A DNA stretch of 59,543 nucleotides, the filler included. It is 4 parts of 4 records of this genome, joined end to end, with 100 filler letters (N's around TTAATTAATTAA, not from the genome) between each part and the next. Parts side by side here need not be neighbours in the genome. Positions count along the whole stretch, not along the records: positions 1 to 13,937 come from SRR31156797_6598; positions 14,038 to 27,110 come from SRR31156797_6605; 2 more parts are not named here. One strand, given 5' to 3'. The position numbers and the translations under genes were made by a program. This document shows, in pieces, positions 9,774 through 19,319 of this stretch. Numbering within the stretch: position 1 is the stretch's first letter; each line of letters opens with the position of its first letter. The notes below the pieces were generated by a model. It was not told where the DNA came from. It saw only the letters and a list, made by a program, of their open reading frames with translations, and did not search any database.

Positions 9774-11858
9774 TTATTCGTTGACCACCAGATATGGAAC
9801 GATGAGCAAAACCGACATGGGCAGAGGTTGATCCTGCACAATGGTAAGCACACCGTCCCGATTCCAGCCTTTGGGGAAATTTACGATCTTGTCGCCGGTA
9901 AATGCGTCAGGAGCATGCCCCATTGGCACGGCGGCTGTGCGGAAATAGACTGGTTCAAGATGGGACTCATCTGGACCGATCTTTCCACCGAGGGTGTTGT
10001 AAAACCGAGCCGCCACCTTGGTGATACGTTTCTTCTTGGTCTGGGCTGTGCCACGCTGACTCCCCGATTCAATACGCATCGGCTGAACTTTGGAGACAAA
10101 GGGCAGCCCCGCATGGACCTTGGAAGCCGGACGATCAAGCTGAATGAATCCATCTTCCGCCACAGTCCTATCGGCCAAGACAGCTCCGTCAGCGAGTACA
10201 GACACTGTTCGCCCTGCAAGATGTTCCAGTCCTCCCACAACGAGCACAGGCTCGCCCTCATAGGTCACACCACTATCCACAAAAAAACCGTTGGCAATCG
10301 ATCCGTCAAAATCCCCTTCAAGAATTTCAAGGAATCGTCGATCAACTCCTTGCACGACACGACGAACGACAACCCACAATTCATCCCGCTTGTCTCTGTC
10401 ACTGTAAATTGAAGTGACCCCTTCCACGACACCGTCGGTGAGTATCCGAGACCATGCTGCAACTTCCTGATCCGGCACATAGGTCATGGCAACCATGGCC
10501 CCGTCCTTGCGTACACCGTACACAATGGAATCCGGCTCTTGCACATAGGCCATCTGGGTCAAACCACTTTCAGTGATATGTTCGGACAAAATGGTCAGAT
10601 CCTTGGAAACATAGGCGTCGGATTCATATCGATAGGCCATCTCTCGAATCTTCTTGCCCGCCCGTTGAATATAGAGCGTGGCAAATCCGACAGACTCGGG
10701 TCGGGTGGGAGAAGCACCGCTTGTGCCTTCATGGTTGGCTTTGATATTTTCTGGAGTCACGGGTTCACTCATGCCACCGCCCAATGTCCACTCTCCACCC
10801 GCCGTGCCGACCCACAGAAGATTACGAGGGACAATGAACTCAATTCCATTCCCCTGATGACCGGCCAGAGTGACTTCAATGGCGTCGTCATCAAGCGGTT
10901 TTTCTCCAGCGGGGGCAGCAGTCCTGTCGCCTACTTCAAAACATTCCCAAAATTCGCTCTGAAGTTCTCCGGAAGCATCCCAAATGGACTCGATCTGATT
11001 ATTCGCCGGCACATCCTTGAAGGTGATGGTCACGTTCGAGCCGGTAGCCACATAATTTTTCGCGCCTTTGTATCTGTAATACCGAGTGGAGCCATCCCCG
11101 TGCTGTCCCTTGAGACCGTCTTTTGCTTCAAAACCGTCACCGTCGAGCAACTCAATGGTGTCGCCAGCTTTCCCATCACGAAAGCCATCACCATTGGCAT
11201 CCTTGATTTCACGGTCACGCCAGCCGTCGAATGGCACTTCACGAGTCTTCAGACGAAAATCCTTCATCTCTCCAACACGGGACATCCACAAGGTGTCAGG
11301 CTTGTCCGGTATCCCCGCTAAAACCAATCGTTGCTGATAAAAACCAACCACTGACGGATAATTATTCTCGGCCCAAGATTCTGGCTTGCCGGTAAAAACC
11401 ATTTCTTCAATGGTCCACGACTCAGCACTCTCACGCTTCACGGTGCGGGGCGGATGGTCAGAATGTACGACAATGAGCATATCACCGGACTGGGCATACC
11501 GGAGCTGGCTGAATTCCTGTGCCTTGTAGGGGATATCTCCCTCGAATTCGCTCTCTCTTGTCAGAGCTGAAAAGACACGCATACGGCCTTGACCGGACTC
11601 ATTTTCACCGAATTCCACAACAAAAGTTCGTGAACCATCCAGTTCAAAAGGTATCAGCAGTGCCGGCTTCTTCGAATTGATGGCTTCGGCCAAAAATCGA
11701 AAACCGGACCGCCGGGTCGTCCCACCGTGGGGATGTACTTGAAAATTCTCCAGAACTCGACATCCATTAAAATACTTGGAGATATCGGTTCTTCCGTCCA
11801 GACGGGGACTGATTTCACCTGCTGTAAAATTGGTTACTGAGGGTGTGCTTATACTCAT
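9774..11858 (-). CDS. Podovirus tail tubular protein B / nozzle (T7 gp12-like)
   Basis: TNFTAGEISPRLDGRTD..LENFQVHPHGGTTRRSG start, YPSVVGFYQQRL, DLTILSEHI, GLEHLAGRTVSVLADG, QDQPLPMSVL end; AAGGAG RBS. Confidence 0.85.
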   Translation of the reverse strand: MSISTPSVTNFTAGEISPRLDGRTDISKYFNGCRVLENFQVHPHGGTTRRSGFRFLAEAINSKKPALLIPFELDGSRTFVVEFGENESGQGRMRVFSALTRESEFEGDIPYKAQEFSQLRYAQSGDMLIVVHSDHPPRTVKRESAESWTIEEMVFTGKPESWAENNYPSVVGFYQQRLVLAGIPDKPDTLWMSRVGEMKDFRLKTREVPFDGWRDREIKDANGDGFRDGKAGDTIELLDGDGFEAKDGLKGQHGDGSTRYYRYKGAKNYVATGSNVTITFKDVPANNQIESIWDASGELQSEFWECFEVGDRTAAPAGEKPLDDDAIEVTLAGHQGNGIEFIVPRNLLWVGTAGGEWTLGGGMSEPVTPENIKANHEGTSGASPTRPESVGFATLYIQRAGKKIREMAYRYESDAYVSKDLTILSEHITESGLTQMAYVQEPDSIVYGVRKDGAMVAMTYVPDQEVAAWSRILTDGVVEGVTSIYSDRDKRDELWVVVRRVVQGVDRRFLEILEGDFDGSIANGFFVDSGVTYEGEPVLVVGGLEHLAGRTVSVLADGAVLADRTVAEDGFIQLDRPASKVHAGLPFVSKVQPMRIESGSQRGTAQTKKKRITKVAARFYNTLGGKIGPDESHLEPVYFRTAAVPMGHAPDAFTGDKIVNFPKGWNRDGVLTIVQDQPLPMSVLLIVPYLVVNE

Positions 11859-12195
11859 AACTCGCTCGGCTCCTTTTTATCGGGGGCTCGCCCCGGACAT
11901 GCGACAAAGCATAGCCCCGGTTTTCGCACCGGAGAACGATCCGGTATTCACAGGAGTCGAGAGGTATAAAAAAACAACTTGACGGGATTTTTGGGATGAC
12001 GATGAAGGGGATACTTCAATAGCAATGTTTAACCTTCATAATATCAGCATGTTACAAACATACTAAAATTCAGCACGACACTGAAAAAAAAGGAAATGTT
12101 AAAGAATGATATGCGAATGGATACCGAATGGCATACAAAAGCACTGAAAGGAGACCTTGACGATTGTCCATGACAACACAGATTCAAAAAAGCAT

Positions 12196-12235
12196 AAAAA
12201 AACCCTTATTTCAGTATATTAAACCGAAATAAGGG
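12196..12235 (-). terminator. Rho-independent terminator of the small Cys-rich gene
   Basis: CCCTTATTTC/GAAATAAGGG inverted repeat with A7 on the plus strand (U-run on minus). Confidence 0.7.
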
Positions 12236-12264
12236 CGTTATAGACGTTGTACAAATTCACGCGA

Positions 12265-12525
12265 TTAATTCACCGCTGCGGACACCGGTTCGTCACCGCC
12301 TCCCTTCTCACGATTCAAGCGGATAACCTGTGTGGTAAAGGTTGTTTCACCTGGCATACAGGCGGGACACCCTTCGGACAGGATCACGCACCGTTCGTCA
12401 AGAGTAGACACATCGATTCCGGCCAGCTTGAGCAGCCGGGTCGTCATGCCGGGCCGCCAAAGGACTGGTTGGCCGCATCGGTGGCACTCCACATACAGGG
12501 TTTCTGGATCAAATTTCTTTGTCAT
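12265..12525 (-). CDS. Small CxxC...CxxC (zinc-ribbon-like) hypothetical protein
   Basis: ECHRCG and GCPACM motifs; GAGGAGG upstream of MTKKFDP. Confidence 0.7.
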   Translation of the reverse strand: MTKKFDPETLYVECHRCGQPVLWRPGMTTRLLKLAGIDVSTLDERCVILSEGCPACMPGETTFTTQVIRLNREKGGGDEPVSAAVN

Positions 12526-12610
12526 ATGTAGAAAATAATCCTCCTCAGAGGGAATGGCAAGGGCGATGATATTATAATCATTCATATTTGACAGACCGGA
12601 AAACCTTACT

Positions 12611-12625
12611 TGGCATCAAACTTGA
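12611..12625 (+). promoter_or_regulatory. Possible sigma54 promoter (-24/-12)
   Basis: TGGCATCAAACTTGA has correct TGGC-N7-TTG spacing but A instead of C at -12; about 50 nt upstream of the flavoprotein gene. Confidence 0.35.
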
Positions 12626-12677
12626 TATATCCAATCGGTTGGCAATATATTCCACAAAACGCTTTCAAGGACACGTT

Positions 12678-13937
12678 GTGAAAACTCAATATCTGATTAT
12701 CGGAGCCGGACCTACCGGACTGGGCGCTGCTCATCGACTGAAAGAACTGGGCAAAGAGGACTTCCAGATTCTGGAACAGCACGACTATGCCGGTGGCTTG
12801 TCGGCCAGTTTCACGGATGACAAAGGATTCACCTGGGACATCGGTGGACACGTGGTCTTTTCCCACTATGAGTATTTCGACACACTCATGGACTCCCTGC
12901 TCGGCGACGATCGATTGGAGCATGAACGAGAATCCTGGGTCCGTTCCAACAACACATGGGTTCCATACCCGTTTCAGAACAACATTCGCCACTTGCCCAA
13001 AGAGGCACGGTGGGAATGCGTCAAGGGACTGTTACCGGGCAACAGGACCGAAGTCTCGCCCACAAATTTCGCACAGTGGATCGACTCCATTTTCGGGACG
13101 GGCATCGCAAAACATTTCATGACTCTATACAATTTTAAAGTATGGGCCACGCCACCTGAATTGATGCAGTTCAACTGGATCGGCGAACGCGTGTCTGTTG
13201 TTGATCTGAAAAAAGTGCTCAAAAACATCATCCTTGAACAGGACGATGTTGCATGGGGACCAAACAATACTTTCAAATTCCCGCTCAAGGGTGGCACGGG
13301 TGAAATATTCCGGCGTCTGGCTTCACGCATGGAAGACCGTATCCAATATGGCCAATCCGTGGTCGCTATTGATGCCAAAAGCAAAAAAGCCACGACCGCC
13401 GAAGGGCTTGAAATCGAATACGAGACCTTACTCAACACCGCCCCTCTCGACATGCTGGCAAGCCAATGGCTCACTGAAAAGAATAATACAGTGGTGAATG
13501 CCGCAGACAAGCTCACTCACAATTCCGTCTATGTGGCGGGCATAGGCATGGATATCAAAGATGACGCGGAACGTAATTCCCGGTGCTGGATGTACTATCC
13601 CGAGTCGGACTCTCCTTTTTACAGGGTCACGAATTTCCATAACTACTCACCCAACAACGTGGCCAAACCGGGACAGCAACTCGGATTCATGTGTGAATCA
13701 TCCTTCTCCGAACACAAGCCGGAAAAGCTCAACGAACTGATGGACCGCACCATAGAGGGTCTGGTAAACACTTCCATGATGGACGCGGCCAGGAAAGACG
13801 ACATCCTGACCACATGGGATATCGCCGTGGATTACGGATACCCCGTGCCCTGTCTGGAGCGCGACAAGGCTCTTGCCGTACTCCAACCGACGTTGGAAGC
13901 CATGCAAATCTATTCCCGAGGCCGTTTCGGCGGCTGG
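12678..13937 (+). CDS. FAD-dependent oxidoreductase, eukaryote-type UDP-galactopyranose mutase-like (3' truncated)
   Basis: IIGAGPTGLGAA, DIGGHVVFSHY, WVPYPFQNNI, YNFKVWA, WIGERV, WGPNNTFKFP, PFYRVT..NYSP, SRGRFGGW; GTG start. Confidence 0.8.
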
Positions 13938-14037
13938 NNNNNNNNNNNNNNNNNNNNNNNNNNNNNNNNNNNNNNNNNNNNTTAATTAATTAANNNNNNN
14001 NNNNNNNNNNNNNNNNNNNNNNNNNNNNNNNNNNNNN
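13938..14037. other. Artificial contig linker
   Basis: N44-TTAATTAATTAA-N44 (stops in all six frames); ORFs truncated and composition changes on both sides. Confidence 0.98.
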
Positions 14038-16410
14038 AGGGTAGTGGACAAAGGCTTTTTTTGAACCTTCAACTCCCATGCTTTCATACAAATCTTTGCT
14101 CATTTTATTCAAATCAACCAGGGGAATGTTTTCTTCCTTTGCTAGTTGACGCATGGCATCAGGATACTCTTCCAAGGTGTTTACAATCTTTCCATTTTCA
14201 TCAAACTTGCGGCGGTTGGTGGAGGTCACTAACACAGTTTGTGCTCCTTTTTCTTTAGCCGATTTAATAAAAAAGCGTAACTCATCCTGGTAAGTTGTAA
14301 AAGGTTCAACATGGCTGCTTCCCGGTTTTTGGTCGTTATGGGCAAATTCAATAAACAGGTAGTCGCCGGGTTTCATCACGCTCAATACTTTTTTTAATCG
14401 CTTTTCTCCACGAAATGCTTTTAATGTCTCACCCGATTCGGCATAATTGGCTACCACAATTTCGGAATTTAAAAAACGTGGAAACATTTGTCCCCACGAA
14501 GCCCATGGTTCATTTTCCTGGTCGGTTACGGTAGAGTTGCCGGCAAGAAATATAACCGGTACATCATTGGCTTCTTCAATGATTATTGAAGAAACACATG
14601 GACTGGGGCCATTAAACTCTAGTGTAAGTTTGTTGTCCCAGTTCAGGTAGCCCATTTCGCGCGGTTTTCGTCGAATCTCCTCGGTGTCATTTATGCGTGG
14701 TGTACGAACATCAACTACAAATGATTTGGAAACCGTTTCACCTTTTTTTGTTTCGATATTTTCGAGCATCAGACGGCGCGACTCGGCTTTAACCGTTGTT
14801 GCTGAAGTGCTATTGGGGTTGCCCAAAGTCAGTGTAACTTTATAGCGGCCTTCGGGTATATCAAGCTGAAAATAAAAAGGAGCATCAGAAGAAATCCAGT
14901 CGTTGGTTAATTCATCTTTTCCATTTTTTTTACCGGCTATCACTGTTTTCTCACTCAAAATACCAAAACCTTTTTCTTCAGAATATACCGATTCAGCACC
15001 TACTCTTGTAAACCCTTTTGCTGCTTTGCCCTTACCGAAATCAAAACTCCACTTTTTTAATCTTTCTTTTTTAGTGCAAAACTGCAAGGAGCTATCATTA
15101 ATCTTAATATCGTGGTTTTTTATCAGGGCAATCATTTCCGCTCCGGCCAAAATTACGGGGCCATAGCCGTGCGCAGCATACACATTTACCGGGCGGTAAT
15201 AATAAAAAGCCGGATCGAATCCCATGCCGGTTCCTACACAAGTTCCTTCAACCTGACCTTTCCCGTTTATCTTTGTTGTCACTGCCTTCCATGCCAGGCA
15301 AACCATTGGGCCGTATACTTTGGCATCAACATAACCACGGTTTATTGCTCGTGCAATTGAATAGCAATAAATGGCCGTTGCCGATGTTTCCAGGTAAGTA
15401 TCGTTGCGGTCGAGCAATTGGTGCCAAAAACCCGTGCCATTTTGGTATTTTGCCAGTCCATAAATGTGGCGCTGCAGGAGGTCAAGAACTTTGTCGCGTC
15501 CTTCATAATTTTCGGGTAAAACTTCAAGTAGTTCAACCAGGGTCATTACTGCCCAACCGTTGGCGCGTCCCCAATGAAACTGTGGGTGTTCTTCCATTTC
15601 CTGAATCCAGCCGTGCATGTACAGCCCTTTTTCGTAGTTGAACATTCTTTCGGAAAACTGCAAAACCTGTTTTACTGCATCGTCGAAGTACTTATTCTCG
15701 CCGCTGTAGCTTCCCATTTGGGCCAGTGCCGGAACGCTCATAAAAAGGTCATCGAGCCAAAGCGAATTGGGTTGAGGACGGTTTCGGGCCAAGGTATTGT
15801 CTTTTAACCTGAATTGTTTATTGCTGATGTAATCGATTTGCATGTTGATCGTTTTATCCAAACCATCAGCGTTACCGGTTTTTGTGGCTTTTATCATGGC
15901 TGCACAAATGGCACCACAATCGTCAAGCGCATGCGGATGAAGTGTGCGCTTTAGTGCGTGTCTTTTCTCCGAATTGTTCGATTCAAACTTTTCAAAAGCG
16001 GCCAGCGCCTTGCCCATAAAGTTTACCCTTTCGAAAGTATAATCGGCATATTTTGGATTTCCGGTTGTTTCGCTGGCTAAGAGCATTCCGGCGTAAGTTA
16101 CGCCCCATTCGTAGCTGTTTAAACGAAAATCACCCTGCGACAAAATGGTATTTTCATCTACTTTCGAAAAATCAGTTATTTCTTGTCCCGTAGACTTATC
16201 TTCCAGTTTTGCCGGTGTAACTGCATTTAAGTAATTGTAAACCTTGTCCAGCGTTTTTACAATCTCTTCAACTTCTGGTTTTCCGTAAGGTATTGGATAT
16301 TCAGGTTGAAGAAGATGAAGTGGGGTGGTGACATCGTTTACTTTTTGAGCATTAGAAACGATATTGATGCTAAGAATTAAGGCTAAAAATGTAATTCGAT
16401 AAAGTTTCAT
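14038..16410 (-). CDS. GH105 (GH88/105) unsaturated rhamnogalacturonyl hydrolase fused to a rhamnogalacturonan acetylesterase (SGNH, CE12-like); 3' truncated
   Basis: Signal peptide; SYEWGV, LWLDDLFM, WGRANGW, YLETSATA (GH105); then FDFG beta-domain, AGNSTV, SWGQM, FAHNDQK (SGNH). Confidence 0.85.
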
Positions 16411-16417
16411 ATTTGTA

Positions 16418-19303
16418 TTATTTTTGGTTTGGTTTTAGTTCGTCGGGGCCTGATTTAGTATAGAGATTTACGGTTTCCCGTTCTTTTTTCTCAAATAGTT
16501 CCTGAATCACGGCCATATCCACATTTACTTCCGGAGCAAATTGTTCTGAACTCATAAAATTCTGAATACTGAGATATAGCTGAGCTGCAGCTGTTCCTGC
16601 GTTGTTTTTACTTTTAAGGTCTAAAGACGAGACGATTAATTTCCCTTTGCCAACATTAACCTCGAATAATTGCGCCAATCTGCGGTTTAAAAACCAGGTG
16701 TCGATGGGTTGTACCAATGGTTGCAACTCGTTTGGGAAAGCGCTGATATTCATTACTTGCTGTTCGTTTAATAACTCCCACCATTGATAATTGCTATGAT
16801 ATTCAGTTGGGAAGTTCGTAAAAGCCGGATGGTTATTTTGTACCAGAATTCCAAGAGTATGTGGTGGACGCATTTTAAACCACGAAGTGTTCCAGAATAC
16901 CGGTGTAAAACGGGCTATGATGTCTTTGCCGTTTTCAACTCTACCCGAAGCATCCAGAAATACCTTTCCCCCGTTTTGTAAAACATTTTGTGCTTTTTTA
17001 TCCAGTTGGGTGGTATAATAAATATCTTTTTTTTCGGTAGCAGGAAGTTGCGATGGATATACCCAAAAATCCCAGCTGTTTTTAAAGGAATCAACAGCTA
17101 CACAGAGCTTGCACTTTGTAGCTTCTTTAATGTTTGAAAGATCGAAACTTATTTCGCCCAATTTAGTGTTGCTACCAATTGGTATTTGAGTCGTTTTTAA
17201 CGCTTCGCAGGCAAGTGTATCGCCCTTTTCGTTGCAAATAGCATAGTTGCACGATGCTTTTTCAATTGGTGCCGCTCCGAAATGTGCGACCTGTATTTTG
17301 GCCCCAAAAGCTTCGTTTGTAGAAAAAACAAATTTTTCCAGTTCCGCCAAAGGAACCGTGTGTGAGCAAAAGTTTTTGATCTCTTTTTTAGAGATATAGC
17401 CTTTTTCGTCCCAGAAAACATCGAGCAACCCAATTATGGCACTTCCCTGGCCTGGAAAATCGTTTAAGCCAAGCAACTGAAAACCATCTAACCCGGGGGT
17501 TCTTAAACTGGCTTCTATTTCGGCTTTATAACAAAGTGCCTGAAGTTTACCGGAGGCCATTAAAAAATCATCGGCCAACTGGCCCATTTTTTTATCCGAT
17601 AAGTCTTCCTGAAAAAGCTCAAAGTTCTTTGCTTTATAAACACCAGTATATTTTTCCATTTCCTTAAAATTGGGGAAAACACACCATTGTCCCATTTCGT
17701 GGGTAACATAGGGTCGCGGTTCATCTTTAACTTTCCCGTAAAAATTAAAAGTTGAATTGGGCTGCTTTTTATAAGGAAGTCCACGTGGACCGGAACGTAC
17801 CAAAAACTCGCTTTCAGGAATAATTGACCAGCTCATGCCAATGCTGGCACCGGTGTAAACTCTTCGTTTGTCTTTTGCCTTCCATTCACGTAATGATTTA
17901 TCCAGAAAACGAACATATCTTCCGCGGGGTTCGTTACCATAAGCCCACATTACAAAAGAAGGGTGGTTACCGTAAGCTTTTATAATCCGTTCTGTTTCGT
18001 CAAGTACGTACTGGTCAACGGGTCGGCCATCGCCCAGCGAACTACTATGGTTAGGCCAGGTAGCCGCTTCGGGTTGCAGGTAAAAGCCCAATTTATCAGC
18101 GGCAATAAATGCTGCTTCGGGCGGACAATGCGAATGAAAACGCATGTGGTTCAGTCCTGCCTCTTTACATATTTTTATGATTCGCTCCCACGAAGCTACA
18201 TCGGTTGGCGGGTATCCGGTAAGGGGCCACGTATTGCACTCCAACGTACCTCTTAAAAACACCGGCTTACCATTGATTTGAAAAGAACCTTTTGATACTG
18301 TAAAATCACGCATTCCAAAATCAATGGTGCGGGAGTCTGTTTCTTTGGTTGATGTTTTCAGGTTAACTTCCAGCTGGTAGAGGTTGGGCGAAAACTCATC
18401 CCAAAGTAAAATATCTTCGCCAAGGAAAATTGTTGTTTCCAGCGTATCGGTAGATGATTTTGTTTTAAGTTCCAGTGTTTTTGTGGCAACTTTATTTTTT
18501 GTTTGTTTGTTTTTAACAATAAATTTCAACTTACCACTGGCCTCCAATTCACCTAATTGTAGCAGTGCTGTTTTTATGAGAATCGATTTCTGCTTAACAT
18601 TTGGAAAAACCTGAATATCGTTGATGGAAAGCTTTGGTAATGCTTTAATGTACATTTCGCCCACAATACCATTCCAGTTTCCTTGTGTATGGTCGGTAAC
18701 ACTGTGCGAATCGGGGCCGATATTTACTTTATTCAAACGATTATCTACCCGAACCGTTATATAATGTTCTCCAGCTTTCAAATTATTGGGGAGCAAAAAT
18801 GAATGTCCAACTGAAAGACTATTTTGACTCCCCACATAGCGGTCATCAATCCAAACACCGGTTTGCCAGTGCGGACGTTCTAAATACAGTAGAAGGGTTT
18901 TTCCAACCCAGTTTTTAGGAAGGGTAAATTCTTTTCGGTACCAGGCTGCGCCTTTGTAGTAAAGGTTGGGAGTGAGCCAAAAAGGAAATTTTATATCTCC
19001 GGGTTTGCGGTATTTCTCCCAGGCAGGATTGAAGAAAAAAGAGCTGTCGTAAATGCTTCCGGTCCATTGGGTTTCAAGGGTAGGCACTTCACCTTTCCCA
19101 TTTTCCTTCATTGACCCGGGAAGAATTACAGTCTCTGTCAGTTGGTTATTATACCAAACCTGTTTTTGGCCGACATCTGTTATATCAGTCTGAAATTGCC
19201 ATTCTCCTTCAAGGTTTATTCTATCGAAATTCTTTTCCGTACATGCCCCTAAAATTATAACTAGTAATATTAGCCAGTAGTTTATTAAGGATAGGTTTTT
19301 CAT
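16418..19303 (-). CDS. Glycoside hydrolase family 2 lipoprotein
   Basis: Lipobox LGAC; LEGEWQF, FGMRDF, GLNHMRFHSHCPP, NHPSFVMWAYGNE, HEMGQW. Confidence 0.85.
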   Translation of the reverse strand: MKNLSLINYWLILLVIILGACTEKNFDRINLEGEWQFQTDITDVGQKQVWYNNQLTETVILPGSMKENGKGEVPTLETQWTGSIYDSSFFFNPAWEKYRKPGDIKFPFWLTPNLYYKGAAWYRKEFTLPKNWVGKTLLLYLERPHWQTGVWIDDRYVGSQNSLSVGHSFLLPNNLKAGEHYITVRVDNRLNKVNIGPDSHSVTDHTQGNWNGIVGEMYIKALPKLSINDIQVFPNVKQKSILIKTALLQLGELEASGKLKFIVKNKQTKNKVATKTLELKTKSSTDTLETTIFLGEDILLWDEFSPNLYQLEVNLKTSTKETDSRTIDFGMRDFTVSKGSFQINGKPVFLRGTLECNTWPLTGYPPTDVASWERIIKICKEAGLNHMRFHSHCPPEAAFIAADKLGFYLQPEAATWPNHSSSLGDGRPVDQYVLDETERIIKAYGNHPSFVMWAYGNEPRGRYVRFLDKSLREWKAKDKRRVYTGASIGMSWSIIPESEFLVRSGPRGLPYKKQPNSTFNFYGKVKDEPRPYVTHEMGQWCVFPNFKEMEKYTGVYKAKNFELFQEDLSDKKMGQLADDFLMASGKLQALCYKAEIEASLRTPGLDGFQLLGLNDFPGQGSAIIGLLDVFWDEKGYISKKEIKNFCSHTVPLAELEKFVFSTNEAFGAKIQVAHFGAAPIEKASCNYAICNEKGDTLACEALKTTQIPIGSNTKLGEISFDLSNIKEATKCKLCVAVDSFKNSWDFWVYPSQLPATEKKDIYYTTQLDKKAQNVLQNGGKVFLDASGRVENGKDIIARFTPVFWNTSWFKMRPPHTLGILVQNNHPAFTNFPTEYHSNYQWWELLNEQQVMNISAFPNELQPLVQPIDTWFLNRRLAQLFEVNVGKGKLIVSSLDLKSKNNAGTAAAQLYLSIQNFMSSEQFAPEVNVDMAVIQELFEKKERETVNLYTKSGPDELKPNQK

Positions 19304-19319
19304 TCGTTTAGGTATTGGT

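Larger units (their letters stand above)
5189..11858 (-). mobile_element. Orphan podovirus-type tail gene cluster (prophage remnant or domesticated/GTA-like module)
   Basis: Five co-oriented intact tail-related ORFs with 2-35 nt gaps; no integrase, capsid, portal, terminase or att repeats seen; host genes on both sides. Confidence 0.65.

Noticed and set aside
10539-11321. 260-aa plus-strand ORF (also 9828-10412)
   Set aside because: Antisense to the well-supported nozzle gene
5189-11858. Complete prophage, fibre-inversion system or diversity-generating retroelement
   Set aside because: No integrase, invertase, reverse transcriptase, att sites, head genes or template/variable repeat pair seen
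13982-13993. TTAATTAATTAA repeated three times in the window
   Set aside because: Centre of the artificial N-linkers; not biological
13000-15000. Functional link between the sugar mutase and the pectin enzymes
   Set aside because: They lie on different contigs separated by an artificial linker
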